A stretch of DNA of 64,000 nt from Acytostelium subglobosum (lineage: Eukaryota): positions 743,665 through 807,664 of the forward strand of contig NW_012236524.1 of assembly GCF_000787575.1 (NCBI RefSeq), in the 5' to 3' direction. The position numbers and the translations under genes were made by a program. Below the pieces are notes generated by a model that saw only the letters and a list, made by a program, of their open reading frames with translations, was not told the DNA's origin and made no database searches. This document shows, piece after piece, positions 21,285 through 36,598 of the stretch. How positions within the stretch are numbered: the first letter of the stretch is position 1; every line of letters starts with the position of its first letter.

Positions 21285-24200
21285 ATGTCACAGGTCGATC
21301 AACCACCTCAGTGGGCCGATGCCCTGAGCAAGATCCTCCTGGATCTCAAGAATAAGAATGAGGAACATAGACAGAAGGCTGCCAGAGGCCTAAGAACATA
21401 TGTATGATCAATCAATCACATCACATCACATCAATCACAATCATACTCACTCACTCATTCGCTGTCTATGTAGGTAATAACTCAATTCAGAGAGATGTCT
21501 AATGAATCGTTTACAAGGTTCATGGGCGATGTAAATAATATACTCTTTGAGCTGGTGAATAGTAATAGCATATCTGATAAGATTGGAGGTATTATGGCCA
21601 TTGACGAGTTGATTGATGTGGACTATGATGAGAATGCATCAAAGGTGACAAAGTTTGCCAACTATCTACGTATCGGTCTGTCGACGAACGACTTGACTGT
21701 GATGCTGATGGCCTCCAAGGCGCTGGGCCGTCTGGCCCGCTCATCCGGCACATTGACCGCCGACATTGTCGAGTTTGAAGTGACACGTGCGCTCGAGTGG
21801 CTGAGCGGCGACCGCTACGAGAACCGTCGTCACGCCGCCGTGCTCGTGCTCAAGGAGCTGGCGCAGAACTCCCCGACACTGTTCTACGTGCACGCCGCCA
21901 ACTTTGTCGATCAGATCTGGGTGGCATTGCGCGACACCAAGGTGGCGATTCGCGAGGGTGCCGTCGAGGCGCTGCGCGCCTGTCTCGAGCTGATCGCCGA
22001 GCGTGAGAGTCGTCTGCGACTCCAGTGGTACCAGAAGATCTATGACGAATCACAGAAAGCATTCAAACAGAATGGCTCGCCCGAGTCCATCCACGGCTCA
22101 CTGCTCACCCTTGGTGAGCTACTTCGCAACACTGGCGACTTCATGTTCAACAAGTTCAAGGATGTCTGCGAGACCATCCTCCGATACAAAGAGCATCGTG
22201 ACAAGCTCGTTAAGAAGACTGGTACGTTGGGCTAGACTGGACTGGCACCTCCACGATTCACATCCTAACCTCAAAACCATCCCCCCATCCATTCGACAGT
22301 GATCACGTTGCTACCAAGCATGGCACTCTTCTGTCCAAAGGACTTTGTACATCATCACCTTAACAACTGTATGATACATGTGTTGGCATCACTAAAGAAT
22401 CAAGGAGAGCGATCATATTCATTCATTGCTCTGGGCGAGATCGCGTTGGCCGTGGGCGGTAACATCAAACCCTACCTGGAAAAGATCGTGGTGACGATCA
22501 AAGCAGCCCTGACGATGAAGGGCAAGCAGTTCAATCCAGAGGTGCTCACCTGCATCAGTATGCTGTCAACGGCCGTCGGCCCTGTGATGATCCAGCACGT
22601 CAATGCCATCCTCACACAGATGTTCACGCCCGGTCTCACCTCGGTGCTGATCGATGCGCTGCGCGACCTCACCGTCTCTCTACCGTCGCTCATCCCTCAG
22701 ATTCAAAAGATGCTGCTGTCGCTTGTGTCGCAGGTGCTGGCCAACAAACCATTCCAGGAGCCTGGCACTCCGTCACAGTATCGCAAGAGCTCGGGCACAT
22801 TCCAGGGCGTGTTGGTCACATATACGCTGCCCAACCCCGACTCGGATCCATCGGTCACCGCGCTGGCCTTGAAGACTCTGGGCTCATTCGACTTCTCCAA
22901 TCACAACCTTTTGGAGTTTGTTCGCGACACTGTCTCCACATTCTTGGACGACGACAACCCCGAGATTAGACGCGAGGCAGCCATCACATGTGCCAAACTC
23001 ATGGTCAAACCAGGCGAACCGGCTCCCACAAGAGGCCACACATCAGTCATTGTGGGAGAGGTGCTGGAGAAGCTGCTCGTGGTCGGTATTGCCGACCCCA
23101 ACCCATCAATCCGTCGCACGGTGCTCAGCTCACTGGACACTCGATTCGACCATCACTTGGCGCAGGCTGAGAACCTGCGCAGTCTGTTCATCGCGCTCAA
23201 CGACGAGGTGTTTGAGATCCGCGAGCTCTCCATCTCAGTCATTGGCCGTCTCACAATCCGCAACCCCGCCTACGTCATGCCCTCTCTCAGAAAGACACTT
23301 ATCCAGCTGCTGACTGAGCTGGAGTTCAGCGGTGACAGTCGCAACAAAGAAGAGTCGGCACGTCTCCTCGGACATCTGATCGGGGCCTCTGAGAAGCTCA
23401 TCAAGCCCTATGTCGATCCCATACTCAAAGCCCTGTTGCCCAAGCTGCGCGACAGCAATCCACGTGTTGCATCATGTGTGCTGGCCGCACTGGGCGAGCT
23501 GTCTGTCGTGGGCGGCGACGAGATGACCCAGCACATCGACCTGCTTCTGCCACTCATCATCGAGACACTTCAAGATCAGTCGTCGACTAGCAAGCGTGAG
23601 GTCGCGCTCAAGACCCTCGGACAACTCGCATCCAGCACGGGATATGTTATCCGTCCCTTTGCCAGATATCCCGCGCTTCTCGACATCCTGCTCAATGCTC
23701 TCAAGACCGAACGCATCCCATCAATCAGACGCGAGGTTATCAAGGTGCTGGGTATCCTCGGTGCGCTCGACCCATACAAACACAAGATGAACGAGCTTGG
23801 ACAGCGACGCGAGGACCCCAAGTTGGACGACAAATCCTCGTCCAATGGCGTGTCGGCCATTGAGCTGGTCACATCCCCAGCATCTGAGGACTACTACCCC
23901 ACAGTGGCCATCACGGCCTTGATGAAGATTCTTCGCGATCCATCATTGTCCAGCCATCACACGAGCGTCATCCAGGCTGTGATGTTCATCTTCAAGAGTC
24001 TGGGCCTGAAGTGCATCCCGTTCCTCCCACAGATCATGCCGCCCTTCCTCCAGGTGATGAACACGTGCGAGCCTGGCTTCCGCGAGTTCCTCTTCCAACA
24101 ACTGGGCTCACTCGTGTCGATCGTCAAGCAGCACATTCGTGACTACCTTGTCGACGTGTTTGCGCTGATTGAGAAGTACTGGAACTCCAGCTTGTTGATC

Positions 24201-27200
24201 CCCATCATCAATCTGGTCGAGGAGATCTCATCCGCGCTGAACGACGAGTTCAAGGTGTACCTGCCCAACCTGATCCCACAGATGCTCAACGTGCTGCACA
24301 CAGACCGCTCTCCCAAGCGCCAGCCCACATCCAAGGTTCTCAAGGCACTCGAGGTGTTTGGCACCAACCTGGACGACTACCTCCATCTGGTGATCCCCGC
24401 AGTGGTCAAGCTGTTTGAACAGGTGGATGTCACAACGCAGGTGCGCATCCTGGCCATCCAGACCATCGGTCGTCTGTGCAAGAAGCTCAACTTCTCTGAC
24501 TATGCCTCGAGAATCATACATCCATTGGCTCGTGTACTTGATGTAGACGGACCCAACGAGCTCAAGGACGACGCACTAGCCACGCTCTGCTCGTTGGTCT
24601 TCCAACTTGGCTCAGACTATGCAATATTCATCCCAATGGTTGGCAAGGTGTTGGCCAAGCGCGACATCCAGTTCAACACCTATGAAGTGCTCGTGTCCAA
24701 GTTGCTCAAGAACCAACAGTTGATTGGTGCATCGGGCGGTGACAATGACTTCCCAGGCTCGCGACACCCCGACACAGCATCCGAGGAGGCCACGACATCT
24801 GTGTCTCCGGAGATGGGCTTCAAGAAGCTCAAGGCCAATGAACAGCATCTCAAGACGGCCTGGGAGACTTCACAGCGATCCACCAAGGAGGACTGGGTCG
24901 AGTGGATCCGTCGTTTCTCTGTCGAACTGCTCCGCGAGTCTCCTTCGCCCGCACTACGCTCCTGTCTCTCGCTGGCCCAGGACTACCATCCACTGGTCAG
25001 AGAACTGTTCAATGCCGGCTTTGTCAGCTGCTGGACCGAGCTTCACGAGCAATACCAAGACGAGCTGGTGCACAGTCTCGAGACTGCGCTCAGCTCGCCC
25101 AGCATCCCACCCGAAACACTACAGACCCTGCTCAACCTTGCAGAGTTCATGGAGCTACATGACAAACCACTCCCAATCGACATCAAGACACTGGGCGCGC
25201 TGGCCGAGAAGTGTCACGCCTACGCCAAGGCGCTACACTACAAGGAGATTGAGTTCCAACAATCAACAGCCGTCACCAATCAAACAATCGAAGCGTTGAT
25301 CAGCATTAACAATCAGCTTCAGCAGCCTGAGGCGGCTATTGGTATCCTGATCTTTGCACAAAAGAACCACAGCGTCGAGCTCAAGGAGAACTGGTACGAG
25401 AAGCTGCGTCGCTGGGAGGACGCCCTGTCGGCCTACGAGAAGAAGCAGAAGGACGACCCACACTCAATCGAGAACACCCTGGGTATCATGCGTTGCCTAC
25501 ACGCTCTGGGCGAGTGGGAACGTCTGGGTCAGCTGTCGCACGAGGTCTGGAAGAACGCCAACGAGTCGACCAAGTCGTCGGTGGCGCCGCTCGCATCGGC
25601 GGCCGCTTGGAACTTGGCCAGCTGGGAGTCAATGGATGAGTACGCCAAGGCCATGAGTCAGGAGACGATAGAAGGCTCATTCTACCGCGCCATACTAGAG
25701 GTGCACAAGGACAACTTCACCAACGCCCAGCATCACATTGAGCGCGCACGCAGTCTCGTCGACACAGAGATCACTGCACTGATTGGCGAGAGCTACAATC
25801 GTGCTTACAAGATGGTGGTGCGACTGCAGCAGCTGTCTGAGCTAGAGGAGATCATCGAGTACAAGAAGTGTGGTGTTGATGGCACCGATCGCAAACAGCT
25901 TATTCGCAACACATGGAAGACGAGACTAAGAGGCTGCCAGCACAACGTGGACATCTGGCAGAGCATCCTGGCGGTGCACTCACTGGTGATTTCGCCACAC
26001 GAGGAGCTGGACATGTGGCTCAAGTTCATTGGCCTGTGCAGGAAGAGCTCGCGTATGGGTCTCGCTCAAAAGACGCTCACCATGCTGATGGGTCGCGACC
26101 CTGCCACACAGCAGTTTGGCGGCATCCTGCCCAACACACATCCAAAGATCACGTTTGCCTACATCAAACAGTTGTGGAGCGCCGGTGCCAAGCCTGCTGC
26201 CTTTGAGCGATTGCGCACATTCGTCCAGGTGCTCAAGGATACCGAGGACCTGCCGCTGCAAGCCCGCGCCTACTTGAAGCTGGGCGAGTGGCAACTCGAG
26301 CTTGGAGTGACACTGAACGAGTCATCCATCCCAGGCGTCGTATCCTCATTCCGCTCCGCCACAGAGTGTGATCCCAACTGGTACAAGGCATGGCATTCAT
26401 GGGCCCTCATCAACTTTGAGGTCGTCTCACACTTTGAACAGAATGGCGGCACGGCCGAACAGATTGCCAGCCACTTGATCCCATCAATCCACAGTTTCTT
26501 CCGCTCGATCGCACTGGCGCCCGAGAAGTCGTTGCAGGACACACTGCGTCTGCTCACTCTGTGGTTCAAGCACGGAGCACAAAAGGATGTCGAGGCCTGC
26601 CTGCTGCAGGGCTTCAACACAATCAGTATCGACACTTGGCTTCAGGTCATACCTCAGCTGATCGCCCGTATCCATGCACCAGTGCTGCCAGTCCGTCGCC
26701 TACTTCACGAGCTTCTCGACTCGATTGGCAAGGAGCACCCACAGGCGCTTGTCTACCCGCTGACTGTCGCCACCAAGTCTCAGTCACCGGCGCGACTGGC
26801 CGCAGCAAAGGCCATTATGGACAAGATGAGGAAGCACACCAATCTGATCGATCAGGCGCTGCCAGTCAGCCAAGAGCTGGTGCGCTGTGCCATCCTCTGG
26901 CACGAGATGTGGTACGAGGGTCTGGAGGATGCCTCACGTCAATACTTTGGCGAGCACAACCCAGATGCAATGCTTGCCACCCTCGCCCCGCTGCATCAGA
27001 TCATTGAGAAGGGACCAGAGACGACGAGCGAGACATCATTCATTCATGCATTTGGTCGCGACCTACAGGAGGCGTTGGAGTGGACCAAGAAGTATGAGCG
27101 ATCGAGAAAGGAGGGCGACTTGAACCAGGCATGGGACCTCTACTACCAGGTGTTCAGAAGGATTTACAAACAGTTGCCACAAATGATCTCGTTGGAGCTA

Positions 27201-28448
27201 CAGTACATCTCGCCTCGATTGATGAACTCGCGCGATATGGAGCTAGTTGTGCCGGGCACGTACAGAGCCGGCGAGCCTATCATCAGGATTCAATCATTCT
27301 CACAGGTGCTCAGCGTCATCCCCTCCAAGCAGCGACCAAGAAAGCTGACGATCATTGGATCGGACGGCCTCGAGTATACATTCCTGTTGAAGGGCCACGA
27401 GGACCTTCGTCAGGATGAGAGAGTCATGCAGTTGTTTGGTCTGGTCAACACGTTGCTCAGCGCCAACCACGACACGGCCAAGTCACACTTGAGTATCCGT
27501 CGCTTCAGTGTCATCCCCCTTTCACCCAACTCTGGTTTGATTGGCTGGGTGCCTCACTCGGACACACTTCACGCACTGATTCGCGACTACCGTGAGAGCA
27601 CCAAGACTCTGCTCAACATTGAGCATCGCCTAATGATGCAGATGTGCTCTGACTTTGACAACCTTACACTGATGCAAAAGGTCGAGGTGTTTGAGTACGC
27701 CCTGGAGAACACCAGCGGCCAGGACCTGCACAAGGTGCTCTGGCTCAAGAGCAGGAACTCTGAGACATGGCTGGATCGTCGCACGAACTACACAAGATCA
27801 CTGGCAGTGATGTCCATGGTGGGCTACATCCTGGGACTGGGCGATCGCCATCCCAGCAACCTGATGCTGGACCGCCACACGGGCAGAATCCTGCACATCG
27901 ACTTTGGCGACTGTTTCGAGGTGGCAATGCACCGAGAGAAGTTCCCCGAGAAGATCCCCTTCCGTCTGACCAGAATGTTGATCAACGCAATGGAGGTGTC
28001 TGGTATCGAGGGCAACTTCCGGCTGACGTGCGAGGCTGTGATGTCTGTGCTGCGCAAGAACAAGGAGTCATTGATGGCCGTGCTAGAGGCCTTTGTCCAC
28101 GACCCACTGATCAACTGGAGACTGCTCACGCCCAATCACGAGAAGGAGACCAAGATCAAGCAGGACCTGATCGATCACGAGTCGCCAGAGCCCTCGCTCA
28201 CCACCTCACCCGTACACAGACAACCCACGAGAGGACGTGTCGACGAACAGGTTGAGGAAGTTGTTCCAGAGGCATTGAACGAGAGAGCACTCTCTGTTAT
28301 CAATCGTGTCAACAAGAAGTTGACTGGAAGAGACTTTAGCAAGGATGAGACATTAGGTGTACCAGAACAAGTTCAGAAGCTAATCGATCAAGCCACATCA
28401 CATGAACACCTTTGTCAATGTTATGTTGGTTGGTGTGCATTCTGGTAA
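21285..28448 (+). CDS. tor: TOR serine/threonine kinase (HEAT repeats, FAT, FRB, PI3K-like kinase, FATC), 3 exons. Proposed exons: join(21285..21401,21474..22221,22300..28448).
   Basis: Exon 1 ([39 protein letters not shown]) and exon 2 ([31 protein letters not shown]...[14 protein letters not shown]) align with the human mTOR N-terminus. The 2049-aa ORF-track piece 22299..28448 holds the rest: the FRB region ([23 protein letters not shown]...[13 protein letters not shown]), the kinase ([61 protein letters not shown]) and FATC ([32 protein letters not shown]). Confidence 0.9.
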
Positions 28449-29142
28449 ACTACCAACTTGTCTGGTATGGACTGGACTGGACTGAACTGGCACACATCAT
28501 TCATTCATCATCAATGACTCAAACATTCAATCCATGGATTCCATCATCCAACATATATATATTATTGTTATTATTATTATTTTTATTAAAGAGATGTATA
28601 TAGAACATGCCCATTGTATTGTCCGTTTGGTAGGATACCTTCTACTTGTCCTTGTCCCTTGTCCTTGTCAATTTCATTTGGCAACAACATGATGAATTAA
28701 AGAATGACAATGATCATTTGACCATAAAGAATAATGATCGATCGAGGAATCCTAAAGAATTGGATTATTGTATGATGCAATCACATTCAATCAATAATAG
28801 AGTCGGACGATCTTGGGAACCATGGGGACATAGGAGTTGGAAATGAATACAAGGTGTGAAATATCAAATTATGGGGGTGTTCCACCAACAGTGAAGAAGG
28901 TTTGACAACACCTTTGACCAGATTGGTCTAAGCACCACATTTGGTGAACATCGATTGAATTCAAAAAGCGAGTGAAAGAACATTGCCAAAGAAGATTGAA
29001 GAAGATTAATTAAGGGACAGATGATATTTATAAAGGGTCATGACTCTGGTCCAGTCAGTAGACTTATTATTGTTAACTGTAAACAAATATAATTAATATA
29101 AACAAATAATCTTTAAATACTCTTTTAATACAAGAAAGAATA

Positions 29143-30355
<1,213 letters not shown>

Positions 30356-30706
30356 AAAAGACAACAACTCCATCTCACCATCCTGTAATGATGGGGACAC
30401 AAAAAGACATCCAGATGGGATGTCTTCTCTCACCTAGAATAATAGTTTACCTATCTCCCCCCATCAGTCTCATACTCTCTATTACATTCAATTCACAACC
30501 TGGCAAAGCTCCAAGGATTAATCTTTGTATTTAGTTATCCATCCAATCAACCAATCAAACAAATAATAAATAAATATTTCCAAACAATACAAATGTTATA
30601 TCTTAATATACAGTTTAATTAACAAACAAATACTAAGTTAAGTATCTGTTGGTGTTGATTCAACCAGTTGTTGCTGCTACGGCCGCTGTGTTGTTGCTGG
30701 AGATAT

Positions 30707-33296
30707 TTACTTGGCCTTTGGAGCACCTCCCAAGAGACCGTTGGCAGTGTTGAACAGGTTGATTGGCGAGCTTCCGTCGGTGATCATCACGGAGCTGAGA
30801 CCCAATCCCTTGAGCAGCTTGGCCTGCATCTCTGGACCAGCCTGGGCAATGGACTTGATGGTCTCCTGACCGATGGACTCGACCAACTGCTTGAACTTCT
30901 TGGCCTCGATGGTGGAGAGCTCACGCTGTCTGTTCAACTCCAACTCGTCGATCTGCTTCTTGTAGGCAAGCTCGGCCTCACGCTTCTGCTTGACGAGCAA
31001 GAGCTCAGACTCGGCACGGATCTTGGTGGCCTGGGCACGGAGCTTGGCCTGCTCGACGTTGGCCTGAGCAGAGATGGACTGAGCCTCTGCGGTAGCCTGG
31101 GCCTCAGCGGTAGCTTGACCGGTGGACTCGACGGCGGCAGATTGAGCCTGCAGCTCCAAGAGGTCCTTCTTGGCCAACTCGGCGGCAGCCTCATCATTAA
31201 TCTTTTGACGCTCCAGACGACCACGAGCACCCTGCTCGAGCTTCTCAGCCTCGTGACGGGCAGCAGCCTCCTGGGACTTGGTGGTGATCTCGATGGCGAG
31301 CTGGACAGACTTTTGCAGAGAGTCACGAGTTCTCTGGTCGACTGGCTCGACGGACTGAATATCAATGTTGGTGATGATCAGGTTGTTGGCGTTGAAGGCA
31401 AAGTTCTCCTTTGGTGCTCCGTTCTCGTCAAAACCAAAGACGGCGTGACGGATGATCTCAGCAGAGCGCTTGTGGAAGTCGTCGAATGGGACTGAGGCGA
31501 CAGCACCACGGACACGCGAGGCGATGGCCTTGCAAGAGTCACCGACAAAGTCTGGGACCTGGAAGATCTTGGCGGCCTCCTCAGTCTGGGTCTTGTCGAC
31601 GATGAACTGCCAGTTGTATGAAAGCTTCAGGGAGAGCTTGGCGTGGTCAGAGGTCTCGACAATGACGACATCAGTCATAAAGTCTGGTCCGAGGTAGAGG
31701 GCGATGGCCTTGATCATGTGTGGGCGCTTTGGCTTCTCACCAGAGAGCGAGAGAACGGTGAAACGCTCATCTGGACCCAACATGACTAAGTCTGGGCCAA
31801 AGACGACACGGGACTTCTTCTCCTTGTAGTCGTAGATCTGGACGGCAGAGTTGTGTGGTGCGCGGTAGGTGACGACACGGGTCTTGTCACGGTTGTCAGA
31901 GAACTCGGGATCGTTGGTCTCCTTGGCGAGGACCTCCTCGACGGTCTTTGGCAACTCCATTGACCACAACTCCTCGTTTGGCTTAAGCATGTATGAGCGA
32001 CCAGAGATGGTGGTGATCTTACCGCTCTTGATGTCACGGATGTAGATACCCTCATTGTCGTCCAATGGGATGGAGTCACGCTTCTCGACGACCTCAACCT
32101 GGACGGGTGGGACGTAGTCACATGGGCCGTAGATCATCCAACGGTCACCGGCCAAGTGCTTCTCCTTTCCGTCGTCAAAGGTCTCCTTAGCGCGGAGCAA
32201 GAGGGCCTCCTGCTCATTGAGAATGTAGATGGACTGGATGCGGTTGCCCTCGAGGGACTCACCTGGACGCAGGAAGAAGGACAACTCACCCTTTCTGAGC
32301 TCCTTCTGACCAAGCTGTGGCTTTCCATCGGTACCGATTGGGTCCATGACGACACAGTACTGACGGTTGGTCAAGGTGGTGATGTTGACCTCACCGACGA
32401 CGGTCTCGTAGACGTCTGGGATGTGGGTCTCAGAGTCGTTGGAAGTGACCAACCACTCCTCACCAGCCTTGCGCAGCTTTCCACGCTCGTCGGTGAAGGT
32501 CTTGACGGCCTTGAGGTGGAGGGCCTTCTTATCGGTAAGGATGTAGGCGTTGATGGTATCGATGACCTTCTCGTCGACGCCTGGCAGGTAGGCACCCACC
32601 TGTCTGATCAACCACTCCTCACCAGCCTTGCGGGTGGCTCCGTTGCGGTCGAGCAAAGCCTTGTTGGCACGCAGCTTCAGGGCTTGGTTTGGTGCAATGA
32701 TGGTGGCCTTGACCTCCTCCTCGATTCTAACCTCAATGCGTGGGATGTAGGTGGCGGGACCCTCGAACAACCACTCATCACCAGCAACCTTGGTGGACTT
32801 GCCATCGGTGAAGTCACGCAGGGCGTGCAGTCTGAGTGCCTTGAGCTGGGGCACGATCTGCAGGGCGGTGACCTTTCCAGTGAGCTTCTCACCTGGGTAA
32901 AGTGGGAAGGGCTCCTGGGCGAATCTGATCTCCTCATCTCCGTGTCTCAGCTTGACCTCACCAAACTCGTTGAGCACCAGGGCGCCCTCGGCATTGCGCA
33001 CGATGGGGTTGGCAATAGTGCAGTAGTGTCTAAGTGGGATCATGATCATTGGCTCTGGACCAGCAACCACCTTCTCGTGGTCCTGGCGAGTGAACGTCAG
33101 TGGACCAACCTCCACACGTGTGACGTTAGTATTGTTATCCAGAACATGGATGTAGTGGTGTGGCTTGATTCTGATGACTAAATATATTTATATTAAGTGT
33201 TTGATTGAGTGATTGATCGAGTGAGTTAGTATGTTAGTGTGATTGATTGATTGAGTGAGCGTGATCAGTGCACTTACCAGCGTTGGCGTCGGTCAT
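30707..33296 (-). CDS. mvp: Major vault protein, 2 exons. Proposed exons: complement(join(30707..33177,33278..33296)).
   Basis: A tiny first exon (ATGACCGACGCCAACGCTG, ending at a GTAAGT donor) is followed by a 101-nt intron. Exon 2 begins [38 protein letters not shown]. Human MVP has [39 protein letters not shown]. Vault repeats and the coiled-coil shoulder/cap region run through the 802-aa ORF-track piece. The C-terminus is [16 protein letters not shown]. Confidence 0.9.
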
Positions 33297-34639
33297 TTTA
33301 TATATATATATGTATGTTAATTAAAGGAGATAAGTTAATATAAGTAGAGATGAGTGAAAGGACAGATTGTGAAGATGATGTTTTGAAATCAATCGATTGA
33401 TTTTATTATTGATCAAGTTGAAGCACAGTTTGGCTGATGTCACTTTTTTGTATGATGTGCACATCGAAGATTGAATGATATTATTATTATTATTAAATTT
33501 CATTTTATTTTCTAGGAATGTAGTGAGAATAAAAATTTAATTTGATGAGTAGGTAGAAACTTAGATACTTTGTTTTTGTTAGTGTTGATGGTAGTGTGTG
33601 TTGGAGGTCAAACACTTATTGTCGACTTTTCGTTGATCCTCACTGGAAACAAGAAAGTTGGATAATGTTCGCACTTCCATTCTTCCATCCACCAACATTG
33701 ACAAACACAATCATTCCATCTATCAACAACATACATATTATCTGTTATAATAGTAAACATTTAATTATCACTTGGTTGTAACTGATCTAAATGAAACAAC
33801 AAACACAAACATAATGTACATCCACTCATCATTATATGAATAACAAACATAGATTTGATATTGTATATATATCTGTCAGAATCCTGATGATGACTGATGA
33901 ATGACTGAATGAATGAATGAATGATTGATCACAATGATGTGGAGAGTGAGTATAATGAAGTGCTTGAAGAACCACAATGGTAACTTAAGGTTGATACCCT
34001 GTACCATCTATTAAGATTAGCAAAGTTTGAATGTACAAGGCATGGTGAAGATCAATGTTTGATACCAAAGATTAGGGAAACAACACATCCCTGTTCCCGA
34101 GTGTTCGTGGATGTTGATTGGTTCTTTGTACACCTTGAAACAATCTATCTCTATCCATTCTTGTCCAGGGTTTATGGTCGCCAAACAAAACAAAAATCCT
34201 TTAAATTATGACCTTAATATCTCTGTGTCTCCTATCTTTCGGTGTATGTATCTCTTGTGAAGATAGATAGTGATGATAATTGTGAACAATGATGTTCTTT
34301 CGACTAGTTCTAACATTCATTTATTCATTCTACACTTTTTTGTACAGACCACCGATGGACGCATCATCGTCCCGTCTGAACTCGTTATTTCAGAGTCAAC
34401 GATACAGCCAACTAGATCTGGTTGGTTCTATTCATTGTAAAAGTGTAGGTTTGTAGTCGCTGCATCGACAACAACTACTGCACATACCCACCCCTGCACT
34501 ACCAATTGGGAACCGAAACGATTATTATTATATTTATGCATGCATATAAATATATCTTGCAACAATGCACGAAACCATCGGATCGACTGATAGGAAGTCT
34601 GAAAAATTTAATGATCAATTCTTGAAGTATTCGTTATCA

Positions 34640-34900
34640 ACAGTGGCCCAAGCATGGCAAAGTCCCCACCCGAAAACGACAAAGTTTCGCTTACACCCAT
34701 GTCGCACTCACAACGGGCATGGCTCAACCACTGGTTGTCATGTGATCATCTCTCTCTTTAGCATTTCATCGACACGCCGAAGACGAATACTTAGTCTGGT
34801 ACCCCCCTAGCGGGTTCGGGTGGCCAGGTCGCCAATCAAAGGCCCATTCTGGTGGGAAATTTAGATGGGGCAGAAGAATGAAGGATAGTTGACCATTCGG
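34640..34900 (+). ncRNA. Candidate RNase MRP/P-like structural RNA, speculative
   Basis: The only GC-rich stretch in a 3.3-kb AT-rich spacer, with no convincing ORF. GGCAAAGUCCCCACCCGAAAACG at about 34655-34680 resembles the MRP motif GGGGAAAGUCCCCGG (possible P4 5' strand). A downstream GGGGCAGAAG at about 34866 could pair with GUCCCC. Local hairpins are possible at UGGCCAGGUCGCCA and CCCAUUCUGGUGGG. Confidence 0.2.
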
Positions 34901-35845
34901 ATCAAAGAAGCAGTGAGCGCGACTCCTACCATGGATATTTAATTTAATTACTGTTTGTCTTTGTGTGTGTACCACCCCAACCATAGTTCGTTGGTGCACT
35001 GATGGGCATCAACAAGACCGACTGACAAGGAACAAGGCCTGTGTGTGTCACATCTAACTCCCCACCTCTGGGTTGAGTTGATTGTCTAGACGATTGAATT
35101 CTGATTTAAGTAAGTGTCATACTTGCTTGCTTGGCTTGGCTTCCTTCTCTAAGTAGTGTTGTTTGGGTCAATTAGTATCAATCATTCGTCAAGTGCATCA
35201 CATACATATAACCCTGTGTGTTTTATAAATTACATAAAGTTAACATAAATATTTATTCTGTTACATCAACCAAACAGAAGTACTAGCTAGATAATATTTC
35301 CCCAGGTTGTGAAGAAGCAAAGGAAGTAGGTTCATTCACGATTGTAACATTACCCCCGCATGCCCCCACAAGTCCTGCAGATATTTGACTATCTCAAGGT
35401 TAGGCATCTCCCAATAACTTCACGCCCATCACACCAATTGATTGCCCATCAATCATTACTTCATGTGACACCCCCTCCACATACTCGGACAACCACATCC
35501 AATCCAACAAACATATCTGTATCCAACTCAATCATTGCAGCATCCTCTTTTCCTATCTATCTTTATCTATTCATTTATCTTTCTTGAGCCAAGTGAGCAA
35601 AGCAATCACTGCGGTGAACCCATCCATCCAATTTTCTTCCATTGCATATTGCATTCATTCATTTATTCATAATCCATCCACAAACAAACATACTACTAAA
35701 CTAACCGCAAGGAATTGGAGTGGAGTGTTCAATACCATCACGTTCATGTAATTATACGATTGATGAAGAACTTATATATCACGCAAGCACACATACAACA
35801 TACATTTAATTGATTACCTAAACATATATAGTTAACCCATTACTT

Positions 35846-35873
35846 AATCAATCAATCAATCAATCAATCAAAT
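35846..35873. repeat. (TCAA)n microsatellite
   Basis: aatcaatcaatcaatcaatcaatcaaa. Confidence 0.85.
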
Positions 35874-36598
35874 AAATTGATTCGATTGGTATGATAATCA
35901 TCAATCACTCATATTCTCCCATCACACTGTTGCCAACTCACTCATCAGGGGCCATCACACAATCCCCCACCACACCACACCCCAACCAAAGGTCGTTTCC
36001 CAATCAGCAATCAGTTAGTTAATTTGATCACATGGCACATTCCGTCCCGATGTGGCCTCCACCCTCCTCCACCCTCTTCCTTCAATCTCAAGCTACCAAT
36101 CAATATACTCTATATACATCATACTGCAGTGTACCGTACGGCACTTGCCACCCCGGTACTGGCTGGCTGGAATTCCAGCATCATCAGCGTCGTCAGTGAC
36201 AGTATGTGGCGGCCACATACATACAATACCATATATCATACATACTATACTATCTATCTTATCCACACACCGCACCTCTTCATTCAACTGTCAATACCAC
36301 CCGCAACCCACATCTAATCAAAGGTGGCCCAAACAATTGATGGGTCATCAACATCACTATCACAATCAATCAATCAATCATCCACAATCGACAATTTCAT
36401 ACCGTACCAATCAATCCTAACTCTGTTGCTGACCTTACTACCCTTCCTTAGCCAATCAATCATTCAATTATTAATTTATTTATAAGTTACCAACATCTCT
36501 GACTTTATAGTTTGTTTGATTGTTGGTATAGGATAAGAAGAAGAAGACATATATATAATACCTGTCCTGTTTAAATTACAATTTGACCCGAGCCAAGA

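Noticed and set aside
30668-33181. Long plus-strand ORFs (30668..31495, 32156..33181) overlapping the MVP gene
   Set aside because: They are antisense to a strongly supported, conserved MVP CDS. Their Leu/Gly/Asp-rich composition is what you get by mirroring a GC3-rich frame. They have no recognisable domains.
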